IMG/VR virus record: IMGVR_UViG_3300026257_000004
Length of the DNA stretch: 64,000 nucleotides
DNA from: an uncultured virus (IMG/VR IMGVR_UViG_3300026257_000004)
Lineage: Duplodnaviria > Heunggongvirae > Uroviricota > Caudoviricetes
Reading direction: 5' to 3' (one strand)
Shown here: piece after piece, positions 19,772 through 29,537 of the stretch
How the letters are laid out: every line of letters starts with the position of its first letter
Numbering within the stretch: the first letter of the stretch is position 1
Notes under the pieces: model-generated
Databases searched by the model: none
What the model was told of the DNA's origin: nothing
The model's input: the letters and a program-made list of their open reading frames with translations, nothing else
Made by a program: the position numbers and the translations under genes

Positions 19772-20372
19772 TCCAACATTCCGTAGTGAAGAGGTGTTTA
19801 CGGCTATGTGGAGCGTAATCAGATAGAGCCTTCTTGATCTTTTTGGCGCTTGACTTGCTGAAGGTAAGACGTGGACGTGGTGAATGTTCCTGCACAGTCG
19901 AAGTGGCACCTGTGAGGAGCTCGAGCCATCGAGAGATCAAATGTGCCTCTGGCGCCGTCGCCCCCACCCTCGTGAGGAGTACCGAGCCATCCTTCATTGG
20001 CTTTGCTCCTTCTGCCCAGCACCATGCAGCTGCTTGAGCCCCGAGAAGGTCTAGGGCTGCTTGTGTGACTGTCTTCTCTCCAGTTGGGTACAGGAGGTTG
20101 TAGATGGGACGCAATTTATTAGTGCTAACACGAAATCTCATAATGGGAGTCGTCTTCCCATTTGCTCTGACTCTTGTTTTGTAGTGAATAATTTGAGCAT
20201 CTGTAGGGATAAATTCGCGGAATTCCTTTACTTTTTCCTCTAGGTACGCAGAGCTGTTAGCACCCGCAGTAATGGTCAACTGGATGTAACCCCCTGCAGG
20301 AGTGCGGTATGCGACGAGGCTGCCATCGACAAGCAACAGCCCCAGCACGCCTCGGACGTCAATTACATCCAA
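19680..20372 (-). CDS. LAGLIDADG-fold endonuclease-like protein
   Basis: VLGLLLVDGSL, IYNLLYPTGEKTV, AAAWCWAEG motifs. Confidence 0.75.
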   Translation of the reverse strand: MDVIDVRGVLGLLLVDGSLVAYRTPAGGYIQLTITAGANSSAYLEEKVKEFREFIPTDAQIIHYKTRVRANGKTTPIMRFRVSTNKLRPIYNLLYPTGEKTVTQAALDLLGAQAAAWCWAEGAKPMKDGSVLLTRVGATAPEAHLISRWLELLTGATSTVQEHSPRPRLTFSKSSAKKIKKALSDYAPHSRKHLFTTECWNAGKIRSARTELQLGRREDRIKGAEAEALA

Positions 20373-20465
20373 TAGTTTTTCCCTATAAATAATATCTATA
20401 GTAGTAACTAAGCACGCATAGCACGTGTGATTTACACCTTATACGCTTAGGAGAATTGCATCCCA

Positions 20466-21620
20466 ATGTGGATAGACAATGACTTCCCCAAGCTGCTAGG
20501 CGCTGAGCTCTATAGGCCCCATCCTGGTTATATCATCGAAATGGCGGTTGAACCCGTCGTGGTGCATGACTTCGCCAAGCAACCCGGCCAAACTGTTCAG
20601 CTAGATCGTTATCGCTTCTGGGGAAATCCTGGTAACAAGGACTCCCGCGAACGAACTGCTGATCAAACATTAGGGACGGCGTCCAGCAGAAATATTGTTA
20701 AAGACAAGGTATTAGTAACGCTGAAGGAATACACGGGTCCTGCCGATCCTACAGACGCTACATCGCCATCGACCTTCAAGGTGGCTCGTGAGACCTTGCT
20801 CACGGCTCAGCGCCTACTGCTTGATACTGGAAACTTAAATGTCTTCCATCAGAGCATAGGTAGTTTGACCCTTTTGGATGACTACCGCCGCTGGAGAGAT
20901 CGCGTTTTCGCTGATGAACTATTTAAAGCGGAAGCCAATGGAGCCAGCTCTGGCAGCCAAGGTGGATACTACTATCCGGGCGGTTTAACTAGAGCAGCAG
21001 CAGCTCCATTCCTGACTTACGCGGCTGGGGCGAGCGCCAAATTTGACGTAAAAACCGACCTGCTCGAGGTTGTTAAAGACATGCGGAAACGCAATGTCCC
21101 CACCTTCGCAGATGGTTATTATCGAGTGATTGCAGATCCAACTGCAATGATGCACTTGCGGCAAAATGACGCGTTCAGAGAAGTGGCGCGTTACGCAGGA
21201 CAAGGCCAGGTTAATCCTATGCAGCCCGAGTTGGCACCTAACGCCAGCTTCTTCCAAGGAATGGGCCCTGCATATGGTCAAGGAGGCTTCGTGGCTGGAC
21301 AGCCGGTCATGCCAACGGGATTCCTCTTTGAGGGGTGCAGATTTTTCGAGTCAACAAACCTGCCAGAGAAGTCATTACAGGTCAGTATCGCCGATGCAGC
21401 TCCTGCAATCGTGAGCACTGTTACTACAGCAGCACCCATGCTATTCTTCGGTCCACAGGCCGTTGGCGTCGGGATTGGTGGTAACAATGCCCAGATACTA
21501 CTTAATAACAATGATGATTTTTCACGTTTCATCATAATGATATGGTCGCTCTTTGCTGGTTTTGAAGTTCTCAATAAAGACTTCATCACTGTGGCCTATT
21601 CCTTCGTCTACAACACTTAA
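20466..21620 (+). CDS. Major capsid protein (HK97 fold, N4-gp56-like)
   Basis: KQPGQTVQLDRY, VTLKEY, G.FEGCRFFEST, LFFGPQAVG, NDDFSR; AGGAGA RBS. Confidence 0.85.
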   Translation: MWIDNDFPKLLGAELYRPHPGYIIEMAVEPVVVHDFAKQPGQTVQLDRYRFWGNPGNKDSRERTADQTLGTASSRNIVKDKVLVTLKEYTGPADPTDATSPSTFKVARETLLTAQRLLLDTGNLNVFHQSIGSLTLLDDYRRWRDRVFADELFKAEANGASSGSQGGYYYPGGLTRAAAAPFLTYAAGASAKFDVKTDLLEVVKDMRKRNVPTFADGYYRVIADPTAMMHLRQNDAFREVARYAGQGQVNPMQPELAPNASFFQGMGPAYGQGGFVAGQPVMPTGFLFEGCRFFESTNLPEKSLQVSIADAAPAIVSTVTTAAPMLFFGPQAVGVGIGGNNAQILLNNNDDFSRFIIMIWSLFAGFEVLNKDFITVAYSFVYNT

Positions 21621-21638
21621 TAGAGGAGGTATTTACCA

Positions 21639-22283
21639 ATGGCAAAGAAAATTTATCCAGGTAACTGGGTTAACACTCTCAGTAGCTATCAGGGACAGCC
21701 AGTCGTGGCGTTGCCTGGTAGGACATATTTCCACAAGATCGGATACGCGCTAGTAGGAACTACAGGCGCTGCTTCATTCGATATCACCATCCCAAGCCCA
21801 GATCGTCGAGCTGATGACAAGCCTCGCGCTGACATCAGTAGCCTGATCGTGCCTGCTGGCGCATGCGTCTACCACGTAGGTATTCGGGTGCCCGACATGC
21901 GTAAGGACCGGGCTGTCGGGGATGCCACTTCAGGCATTGTTGGTACAAACACCAACCGACTGAAGATTGGTAGCGCTGTTAATACAGCAGCCACTGGCGC
22001 TATTACGACAACTGTGATTGGAACCGATTCTTCGGCCATCGCAATTGCTAATACAACCGCTGCACCCACCTCAGCAACGACTGGGATCGTAACTCCAGCA
22101 GTTCTGACTGGAGCTTTGACCCTGAGTCTCTGGGTTACAGATAACACTGGAACCGCAGCTGGGGCGAACATCACTTCAACCGTCGCTGGGGGAACTCCCA
22201 TCATCGCTGAAGTTTGCTATTACGTTGACGATGCTGCTCCTGAACTGGACAGCACAATCGTTCCTTTCGTAACTGAAACCTAA
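21639..22283 (+). CDS. Probable capsid decoration/auxiliary head protein
   Basis: Thr/Ala/Gly beta-rich; strong GAGGAGG RBS directly after the MCP, followed by a terminator. Confidence 0.6.
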   Translation: MAKKIYPGNWVNTLSSYQGQPVVALPGRTYFHKIGYALVGTTGAASFDITIPSPDRRADDKPRADISSLIVPAGACVYHVGIRVPDMRKDRAVGDATSGIVGTNTNRLKIGSAVNTAATGAITTTVIGTDSSAIAIANTTAAPTSATTGIVTPAVLTGALTLSLWVTDNTGTAAGANITSTVAGGTPIIAEVCYYVDDAAPELDSTIVPFVTET

Positions 22284-22305
22284 GGGATAATTTTTCCCTA
22301 TGATG

Positions 22306-22339
22306 AAGGCGCTTGTTAACTCAGGCGCCTTTTATTTTT
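22306..22339 (+). terminator. Intrinsic terminator of capsid operon
   Basis: AAGGCGCTTG/CAGGCGCCTT stem followed by TTATTTTT. Confidence 0.7.
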
Positions 22340-22345
22340 CAATTT

Positions 22346-22777
22346 ATGGCGTTATATCAAAATACGAAAAACGGCCAAATCGTTGATTTCATCGGTCATC
22401 ACGATAAAGATTGGGCCATGGTCAAGAACGGCAGCGGCCATGTTAGTTATGTCGCCCTGGCGGACCTTATTTCATATGAGCCTGGTAAAGGTAGAACTGG
22501 TGACGTGTTGGAGTCACAGTCTGCAGAAAAGGCGAATGACGAAGACAAGCTTCCAGAATCAGCCATTCCTCCTGATGTAAGGCTGAATTTGAATGTTGCC
22601 ACTGCAGAAGGTATTGCCAAGCAGGTTAAAGGTATTGGCTATGCCACTGCCAAGAAGATTATCGAGCTAAGAACATCGCTACCTGGCGAGAAGTTTAAGA
22701 ACCTAGATCAACTGCGCAAGATAGGTCGTGTTGACTGGGATGAGGTAATTGCAGAAGATTTAATTTATATCAGCTAA
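22346..22777 (+). CDS. Helix-hairpin-helix (ComEA-like) DNA-binding protein
   Basis: LNLNVAT...VKGIGYATAKKII...FKNLDQLRKI. Confidence 0.8.
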   Translation: MALYQNTKNGQIVDFIGHHDKDWAMVKNGSGHVSYVALADLISYEPGKGRTGDVLESQSAEKANDEDKLPESAIPPDVRLNLNVATAEGIAKQVKGIGYATAKKIIELRTSLPGEKFKNLDQLRKIGRVDWDEVIAEDLIYIS

Positions 22778-22813
22778 GAACTTAGAATAACGTGTAGCTT
22801 ACGTTGATTATTT

Positions 22814-23299
22814 TTGGAACTCAACGCCTACGATAAGAGCCGTTGCAGGTTCCATCTGGGGTATAACACTGGAGCGAATCTACCTGCTGGCGACATTGCT
22901 CGTCTAGAGGAGGCGATGGCTCGCGTCCCTGATAGTTATTACTACGATCAAATAATTAACCACCTGTCTAGGTGTGACAAGACTTGGAGATTATCTCAAG
23001 TCTTTTTAAGTGAAACACAGCCACAGCCATCTAGGGTTGAGCGCATTGAGGGCGACTCGAATAGAGCTATATTCAGTTCTGACCCGCTAAAGGCTGACAA
23101 GGATTACAGGGAAATCTATTTGCGAGAAGTTGATCGTCTCGCAGAAACACTTTACGTGGCTAACTATCGTCGAGAGGAAGTTCGGCGATATGCATTTGAT
23201 CGCACTGGCTCGGAATTCATCATGGCCGTTCCGGGGCCTGCAGACACAGCCGTCGGGACTCGAATCTTGCAAGCACAAGGCGCCATGAATTGGAGATAA
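22814..23299 (+). CDS. Probable head-completion/adaptor protein
   Basis: K.RCRFHLGY N-terminus, helical, downstream of the MCP; function inferred from position. Confidence 0.5.
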   Translation: MELNAYDKSRCRFHLGYNTGANLPAGDIARLEEAMARVPDSYYYDQIINHLSRCDKTWRLSQVFLSETQPQPSRVERIEGDSNRAIFSSDPLKADKDYREIYLREVDRLAETLYVANYRREEVRRYAFDRTGSEFIMAVPGPADTAVGTRILQAQGAMNWR

Positions 23300-23332
23300 T
23301 TTGATGGCTGCATACACATTGGAGATGATTTA

Positions 23333-24502
23333 ATGGGCTACCAGACAACTAGGAACGGTGTTCCAGGATACGTAGGGGACAATGATGTGTTCTACCCGAA
23401 CAGAGGAGAAACATCTGGCTACAACGATGCATCAGCTGAGGCGAAGAGTCTCTTAGCTCTTAAGGAAGCACAGGAACTGGAAAAATCTTTAGCCCGTAAT
23501 CAGCGTCAGCTTGATACTCGCAAGCAAGGCGTTAACTTCAGCAAGGCTCTAAGAAGTTTGGTTGGCCAAGGCGGAAGCTTGGACCCGATGCTTGCAGAGA
23601 TTGATGCCGCGCAAGAGATGAATAAGGGCCAAGTATATAATCAGCGGCGAGCCGTTGATCAGCTAAGAGTTAGACAGGGTATGGATCCGCTTTACAAGTG
23701 GAAGGATGGACTCAACCCGGCACAAGTCTCGGTAGACCCTGCCGCTCGCAACGTTACTCAAGTAACTCCAGGGAGTCGAGCTCGTGATGCCGCATACATT
23801 GAGATGGCTCAACAGCATGATCCCGACTATTGGAGTCGAGAAGAGAACGCGGCGATCAACGCAGCAACATTGGCGAATGAAGATCGCACAGATGGAACCT
23901 TGCGCGTTACCTCCGACATGGAGGGATACGAGGACCGGGCTGATATTCAGGCATGGCTCGCCGCGAATCCAGAATTGAAAGACCGGTTCCTTGCGGATCG
24001 AGCAAGAAAGGCAGAAGCCGGTCTGCTTCAGCCCAACCCAAACGTCAACCCTGACACAGCTGCTCTTGCTGAGGACGCTGGTCGGACTGTTGAAGACATG
24101 ACCAAGATCCTTTCTCCAGAAGGATTAGAGACAGTTTTCAGTCCACAGCCTCCATTAAGGGATGAGCCTCTTTGGCCAGGACCTGGGGATCCACAACCTC
24201 CTTCAAATCAACAGCTTGCGGAGACTTTCATTCTCGACAAGATGGGTCCACTTGCGGGTGGCTTGGGGCGGGTTGATCAAACGCTGGAAGGTTTGGCCGG
24301 TCAACTCGGTGGATATTGGGGTCAGGAGAAGGCGAAGAATATGCCGTTCGGAGAGACACCAGTCCTAGGTGATTTGATGCAGGACTACGGAAGGACTAAG
24401 GGTACTGAGGCTGGGAAGGATGAATACAATAAGAAAAAGCAACAGCTTAGGCAACTATTAATGGATCGTATTCCGGTCTCTTTGGTTAATTTTCAGCGAT
24501 GA
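23333..24502 (+). CDS. Hypothetical protein, 389 aa
   Basis: Long ORF in late operon. Confidence 0.7.
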   Translation: MGYQTTRNGVPGYVGDNDVFYPNRGETSGYNDASAEAKSLLALKEAQELEKSLARNQRQLDTRKQGVNFSKALRSLVGQGGSLDPMLAEIDAAQEMNKGQVYNQRRAVDQLRVRQGMDPLYKWKDGLNPAQVSVDPAARNVTQVTPGSRARDAAYIEMAQQHDPDYWSREENAAINAATLANEDRTDGTLRVTSDMEGYEDRADIQAWLAANPELKDRFLADRARKAEAGLLQPNPNVNPDTAALAEDAGRTVEDMTKILSPEGLETVFSPQPPLRDEPLWPGPGDPQPPSNQQLAETFILDKMGPLAGGLGRVDQTLEGLAGQLGGYWGQEKAKNMPFGETPVLGDLMQDYGRTKGTEAGKDEYNKKKQQLRQLLMDRIPVSLVNFQR

Positions 24503-24882
24503 ATCAACATCAACAGTTAGCCGCCTTAATGCAGGCGAAGTACATGCAACGAGTAGAGGAACAAAAGCCAAGTGCTGATTTAACTGTTGCTCGTCCGCCG
24601 GTATCTGCAGAAGAGAATCGGATGGAGGCCACGGCACCGTTAAAAGAAGGTGCTTTAACTCAAGCTGCTTTCACGGGAACTACAGGCGGCCTAAGTATGC
24701 AGCCACAAATTGGTGGCAGACCTGATCCCACCGCTTATAGAGATGCTCCTGGGAATGTTCCTAAAGACTTTGCTGGTCCTTGGGTAAATGATCTAAATCC
24801 TGCCAGTGAATTTACACGGCAGAAAAGAGAGCAATTTCAGCAGCTAATGGCATTAGCAACTCAGGGAGGTAACCAGGCATGA
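24499..24882 (+). CDS. Hypothetical protein
   Basis: ATGA overlaps on both sides. Confidence 0.7.
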   Translation: MNQHQQLAALMQAKYMQRVEEQKPSADLTVARPPVSAEENRMEATAPLKEGALTQAAFTGTTGGLSMQPQIGGRPDPTAYRDAPGNVPKDFAGPWVNDLNPASEFTRQKREQFQQLMALATQGGNQA

Positions 24883-25424
24883 GCTTCGCACGGGAACAAG
24901 ATCCCACATTCATGAAACATCGGCGAGGTCCTGTGCGCAGCCCTCGTATTGGGGCTAATGAGTGGTACAGGGATACGGCAGCCGATCAGTCGATCAATAC
25001 CTTTTTCACTGGCGCAAAAGGTGGAGTGCCCAACAATCCACAGAATTACGGATCATTCATCCCTAGCAATGGTGATTATGTTCTAAGGACTAATCCCTAT
25101 GGAGATGGTGAGAATATCTTCAAACCTGAGCAGCCGTTCATTGTCAAGCCTGACCAATGGGGTGACAGGAAAAATATCTTTGCTCCAGCGAAAGGGTTTG
25201 ATCAGCAGCCGAATGTTGGATGGGGTACACCTGCAAAAGGAATGAACACAGGTATCAGTCCGATGGGATCTGGACCTCAGCGAGATGTTCCCAAGAAAAA
25301 TGAGAAACAGGATAAGAAGAATTCGTTCAGCTTAAGCGGTGGAATGCCTGCTGGAGCGATGGGAGCAGGCGTAGCTGCTGCTGCAGGACTCAAGAAGATT
25401 GGAATGACGGTGCCAGGGTTTTAA
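24879..25424 (+). CDS. Hypothetical protein
   Basis: GGGAGG RBS, ATGA overlap. Confidence 0.7.
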   Translation: MSFAREQDPTFMKHRRGPVRSPRIGANEWYRDTAADQSINTFFTGAKGGVPNNPQNYGSFIPSNGDYVLRTNPYGDGENIFKPEQPFIVKPDQWGDRKNIFAPAKGFDQQPNVGWGTPAKGMNTGISPMGSGPQRDVPKKNEKQDKKNSFSLSGGMPAGAMGAGVAAAAGLKKIGMTVPGF

Positions 25425-25426
25425 TC

Positions 25427-26029
25427 ATGATGATTCGACCTGGCACGCCTAAAGAAGAGGCGGACAGAATGTTGGATTGGTGGCATGGCCAATTCGACGA
25501 CGTTAAGCGCAGAAATCGAGAGAGTGCTCTTAACTGGAATTTTGAAGCCCATGGCGAGAAGGGATTAGGACTTAAAGATCTCAATCAGATGTGGCGTCAA
25601 GGCTTTTCTCATGATGACGTGAGAGCCGTTCACGAGAAGGCGAAGAGTGAAGGGCGAAATGTGGGTCCAGGCTTCCGGGATTACATGAATACAGTTAACC
25701 AACATTCATCTAATAGTTCACCTTCTGTCTCAACAGCCTCGCATGCTAATCCAGGCAGGCCCAGCACTCCATCGCCACAGGACACTGGTTGGAGGCGGCA
25801 GCCTGTCACTCAGTCAGGCCCAAGACAGGATGGCTGGAATCAAGGAATAGGTCGTGATTGGGATCATGGCGCTCATGGAATGTCGGGCTTTGGTGGTAAA
25901 GATTTTGAAGCAATGAGGAGCAAGGGTTATAGCGACCAGCACATTCGTAATGCCATAGGCTCAGCTCGAGAGAAGGGTCTAAATGTTGGCAAGAGAGTGA
26001 GGGATTGGGAAGCTACAGGGATGTTCTAG
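25427..26029 (+). CDS. Hypothetical protein with two ~40-aa G[FL]G...G[YF]S...G.NVG repeats
   Basis: Internal protein repeat visible. Confidence 0.75.
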   Translation: MMIRPGTPKEEADRMLDWWHGQFDDVKRRNRESALNWNFEAHGEKGLGLKDLNQMWRQGFSHDDVRAVHEKAKSEGRNVGPGFRDYMNTVNQHSSNSSPSVSTASHANPGRPSTPSPQDTGWRRQPVTQSGPRQDGWNQGIGRDWDHGAHGMSGFGGKDFEAMRSKGYSDQHIRNAIGSAREKGLNVGKRVRDWEATGMF

Positions 26030-26086
26030 TTGTATTAAATAGCACTGAAAAAACCAAGCTAAACTTGACAAAGATGGAGGGTAATT

Positions 26087-26608
26087 TTGGCGACAAGTAG
26101 TTCAAATAAGATGCCGCTATTGGTCGACAGGCCAATGCATTCATTTTCGACGATTGGCAGTCAAGCAGCATTAACGGATTCAACCGACCTGAACACTCCT
26201 GCAGGCGCAGGGTGTACATTGATCGTCGATTGCTCCGCAAATGATGGAGCCATAGTTGATAGTCTTTCAATTATTGCGAACGAGGCTTCTACAACTGCCT
26301 CAACGGTCCTTGCGTTCCTCAGTGTTGCGACGACTACAGATTCTATTACTGATATCAATACGGTAGTAGTAGCTAGCGCAACGATTGGTTCAACTGCCAA
26401 GGGCGAGCGGACAAATATTCCATTACCACCGCTTTGCGTTCCAGTACCCAACCTCGGCGGATCAACAAGTGCTGGTGAAACTGATAAAAAGAATACCGGA
26501 CTATATATCCCTTCTGGGGGGCTTTTATACGTTGGACTTGATGTAGCTCTATCTAGTCCTAATACCGATACACGGGTGCATGTGTTCGCTCAGGGAGGAT
26601 TCTTCTAG
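26087..26608 (+). CDS. Beta-rich structural protein
   Basis: GGAGG RBS, TTG start, Thr/Ser-rich. Confidence 0.7.
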   Translation: MATSSSNKMPLLVDRPMHSFSTIGSQAALTDSTDLNTPAGAGCTLIVDCSANDGAIVDSLSIIANEASTTASTVLAFLSVATTTDSITDINTVVVASATIGSTAKGERTNIPLPPLCVPVPNLGGSTSAGETDKKNTGLYIPSGGLLYVGLDVALSSPNTDTRVHVFAQGGFF

Positions 26609-27330
26609 TGAGCTTGCTTAACTTTCAACGTACATGGGATGATGGCCAGCCTGGCTGGGGTCGGCATTCGTTTGACGATGCTATTAGGGCTGGCTATTCA
26701 GGTGGCGATATTGCTGCGTTCGTTAATTCGGGACAGATTCGCATTGGCCAAAAAGCACAGAACATGGCGTATGGGGCCGGTGCAGCGTCAAGAGGTAATG
26801 CGCAGGCTTTAGCCGCTCAGCAGCAGCAGTTCGATTCACAGTTGTCGAATTACCAAAATCAGCTAAGTGATTACACAAATCGGATAGCAGATATCACCGA
26901 TAGATACACTGCGTCTCAAGGAGAGGTTGGAAGATTAGAAGCTTCAGTAGCCGATTGGACCGGTAAGTTTCAAGAGTCGCAGGCGGCATACGAGGCAGCT
27001 AAAGCGCAAGCAGATGCATACAAAGAAGAGGCAGTTAGCAGACAGTTATCAGGGCTAAGGGCTGGAAGTACTGCCGCCGGAACTGCCGGTGCTAGAGGGC
27101 CTTTGGATCTTACTTCCGGTAAATCTATATATAGAAGTGGTGGTCCAAAGAAAAATACATTCGTTGAAATCAAAGAAGAGGTTTCTCCGACAGATAGTGT
27201 CCTCGCAAATAAAGGGCCGGTAGTTCAACAGATCAGAAGTGTCCGACCCAATCCTGCGAGTGCCCCCGCAACGCCACAGGCAGGGGCTGTTGCAAGAGGT
27301 GGCACTTATTACGCATCAAGGTTCGGTTAA
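26608..27330 (+). CDS. Repeat-domain + coiled-coil protein (paralogue of 28824-29531)
   Basis: Shared ADAY.EEAV..QL, DSVL..KGPVV and C-terminal YYASRF. Confidence 0.75.
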   Translation: MSLLNFQRTWDDGQPGWGRHSFDDAIRAGYSGGDIAAFVNSGQIRIGQKAQNMAYGAGAASRGNAQALAAQQQQFDSQLSNYQNQLSDYTNRIADITDRYTASQGEVGRLEASVADWTGKFQESQAAYEAAKAQADAYKEEAVSRQLSGLRAGSTAAGTAGARGPLDLTSGKSIYRSGGPKKNTFVEIKEEVSPTDSVLANKGPVVQQIRSVRPNPASAPATPQAGAVARGGTYYASRFG

Positions 27331-28824
27331 ATGTCACGTACAGGAATCGGCGCTGCATATGTTCAGCGGCAGATGGCACAAGGACGCAGCCTGGCGTCCA
27401 TCCAGCAAGAGGCTGCAAATAAGGGGTACACGGTCGGAGCTGCGGCTCAACAGATGTTCTCCGGTGGAGGAGGCGGTGGGGGTGGATCGGCTCCCGCTCC
27501 TGCCCCAGCACGCACAGGTATTGGCGCTTCATATGTTCAGAGGCAGATGGCACAAGGACGCAGCCTGGCGTCCATCCAACAAGAAGCTGCTAACCAGGGC
27601 TACACGGTTGGCGCTGCCGCTCAGGCAATGTTCAACCAGGGAGGAGGAGGCGGCGGAGCTTATAGCTCAACTGCCGGAGGAGGTTCAGGTCTCAATTGGC
27701 TAAAGCAATATCGAGGACCACAAGGTGGCAGGGAAAGCACTAACTTTGGCGCTGCCGCACTGCAGAGAGCTAGAGACGCTGGGCACAGCGATGCAGATAT
27801 CCAGTCAGCAATTGCATCAGGGGGATGGAATCTCGGTAAATCGGCACAGCAAGCTCTAAGTAGCGGTGGTTCAGTCCAGGACGCACTGAAAGGACAGCGC
27901 AATATTTGGGCTCATTACAGCGGGTCTGGCGGTGGTTGGGGTGCAGCTGCTAATGCTCGTGCCTTGGGGGCAGGGCTGACAAGGTCGGAGATCAGGAGCC
28001 AGCTCGCTGAGAGTGGTTTAAGAATCGGAGAGGAGGCTGCTAAAGATCTCAACGTCCACGCTCAGCAGACCACGCATATCCGTCCTGACCATATCAAAGA
28101 TAAGTACGACGGGTATAACACGAGATACGTGATGATGCCTCGTGACGTGAGGGTTACTCATCTCAACTATGACGAAGGTGATCCTCGCAGATACAGCACA
28201 GGCGTTTACTCGGGTGGCGGTTATTCGGACGCAGCTCTTGCCAACTTATACGGCAACTTCGACCCCGAGGGAGGATGGGACGGTCCTTATAAACATGGCA
28301 CTCGAGGCACATACCAAGACGCCGATTGGGACTACAACGTCGGTGGGGGTATTGGCGTAGACAGCGGACGCCCGAACTTCTACTGGAAAAATGCGGACGA
28401 GGAAGCGTTAGGGAGGCACAGCGATGCATGGCGCGGTCATGGCTATGACGGCAGGGAGACATCGCCAACCGGATACCTATCAGGTCGCGGAGATCTGCCT
28501 AAGAACACGGGCTGGACTCAGGCGTATCAAGAAGGTCTAGATGCCGCTGCGAAAACTTATGACGATACTTTTGACAAGGAAGTTCAAGAAGGCGGAGGAC
28601 TTGAGGGTTATTCAATTGGGGTGAATACTGGAACTCCTGCTCCTGAGCAAGAATCTGGGATAGGAATTGAAGTTGATGCAACAGATAGTGTCATCCAAGA
28701 TGATGACGAACCAGTAGTTAAAATTATTAATAGCGATCCAGATCGTAAGCCTAGTTCCGGTAACTGGACTAATCCTCTGGCTAGTGGTAATTGGTCCGGT
28801 TATTACGCAGATAGGTTTAGTTAA
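27331..28824 (+). CDS. Gly-rich multi-repeat protein, 497 aa
   Basis: Four repeat copies; ends YYADRFS. Confidence 0.75.
   Translation: MSRTGIGAAYVQRQMAQGRSLASIQQEAANKGYTVGAAAQQMFSGGGGGGGGSAPAPAPARTGIGASYVQRQMAQGRSLASIQQEAANQGYTVGAAAQAMFNQGGGGGGAYSSTAGGGSGLNWLKQYRGPQGGRESTNFGAAALQRARDAGHSDADIQSAIASGGWNLGKSAQQALSSGGSVQDALKGQRNIWAHYSGSGGGWGAAANARALGAGLTRSEIRSQLAESGLRIGEEAAKDLNVHAQQTTHIRPDHIKDKYDGYNTRYVMMPRDVRVTHLNYDEGDPRRYSTGVYSGGGYSDAALANLYGNFDPEGGWDGPYKHGTRGTYQDADWDYNVGGGIGVDSGRPNFYWKNADEEALGRHSDAWRGHGYDGRETSPTGYLSGRGDLPKNTGWTQAYQEGLDAAAKTYDDTFDKEVQEGGGLEGYSIGVNTGTPAPEQESGIGIEVDATDSVIQDDDEPVVKIINSDPDRKPSSGNWTNPLASGNWSGYYADRFS
27335..27633 (+). repeat. Imperfect 125-bp direct repeat (27335-27459 and 27509-27633)
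   Basis: GGCAGATGGCACAAGGACGCAGCCTGGCGTCCATCCA identical in both copies; in-frame offset of 174 nt. Confidence 0.9.
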
Positions 28825-29531
28825 TGTCTAACTGGTTAACTCAATTTAAAGGCACTCATGGCGGCCTCGGTCTAGGGCCTTACAACAGGGCAAGAGCAGC
28901 GGGATACAGCGCCGCTCAGATTGCCGCCGCATTCCCAGGCTCAGGACTGCCCGCGATGGGCTGGAGAGCTCAGGCAGCTCTAGGTAATGAGTTACAGCAA
29001 ACATCACAACGTGCTGCGTCCGCTTCAGCAGCAAGTAGTGCTGCCGATAGTTATAGAAGACAATTAGATGATTACAGCGCTCGGTTCTCGGATTTAACGA
29101 GTAAGTACGAGGGCGCAATGGCTAAACAATCTGAGCTGCAATCTAGTGTTTCCGAATGGGAAGGTAAATGGAATAAATCTCAAGCGGATTACGAGAAAGC
29201 GAGGTCCGAGGCTGATGCCTATAGAGAAGAAGCGGTTGATAACCAGCTGGACAGGATTAGGACAGGGGCTACAGCTCAAGGGCAAGCCGCCGCTCCATCA
29301 GCAGGCGTCACGAGTGGTGCAGGTGCCGCAGTCACGTTTGGCAAAGATGATGATGGGGTAAATGTCGAGCGTAATATTCAGGCCGAGGACAGCGTGCTCT
29401 CACGGAAAGGACCTGTTGTTGAGGTGATGCGTAGAGCCGGAGCGGGGACGCCCACCAGAACTACAAGCTTGACAGGTGCATCTACTCGTGGCACTGGCTC
29501 TGGCAACTATTACGCCAGTCGCTTCAGTTAA
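28824..29531 (+). CDS. Repeat-domain + coiled-coil protein (paralogue of 26608-27330)
   Basis: Same architecture; ends YYASRFS. Confidence 0.75.
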   Translation: MSNWLTQFKGTHGGLGLGPYNRARAAGYSAAQIAAAFPGSGLPAMGWRAQAALGNELQQTSQRAASASAASSAADSYRRQLDDYSARFSDLTSKYEGAMAKQSELQSSVSEWEGKWNKSQADYEKARSEADAYREEAVDNQLDRIRTGATAQGQAAAPSAGVTSGAGAAVTFGKDDDGVNVERNIQAEDSVLSRKGPVVEVMRRAGAGTPTRTTSLTGASTRGTGSGNYYASRFS

Positions 29532-29537
29532 TCGCTA

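Noticed and set aside
10194..21620. Introns or inteins in terL, psbA or MCP given the nearby LAGLIDADG genes
   Set aside because: All three ORFs are continuous and of normal length, with no intein splice motifs
27335..27633. Possible CRISPR array
   Set aside because: Only two long in-frame coding copies; no spacers or cas genes
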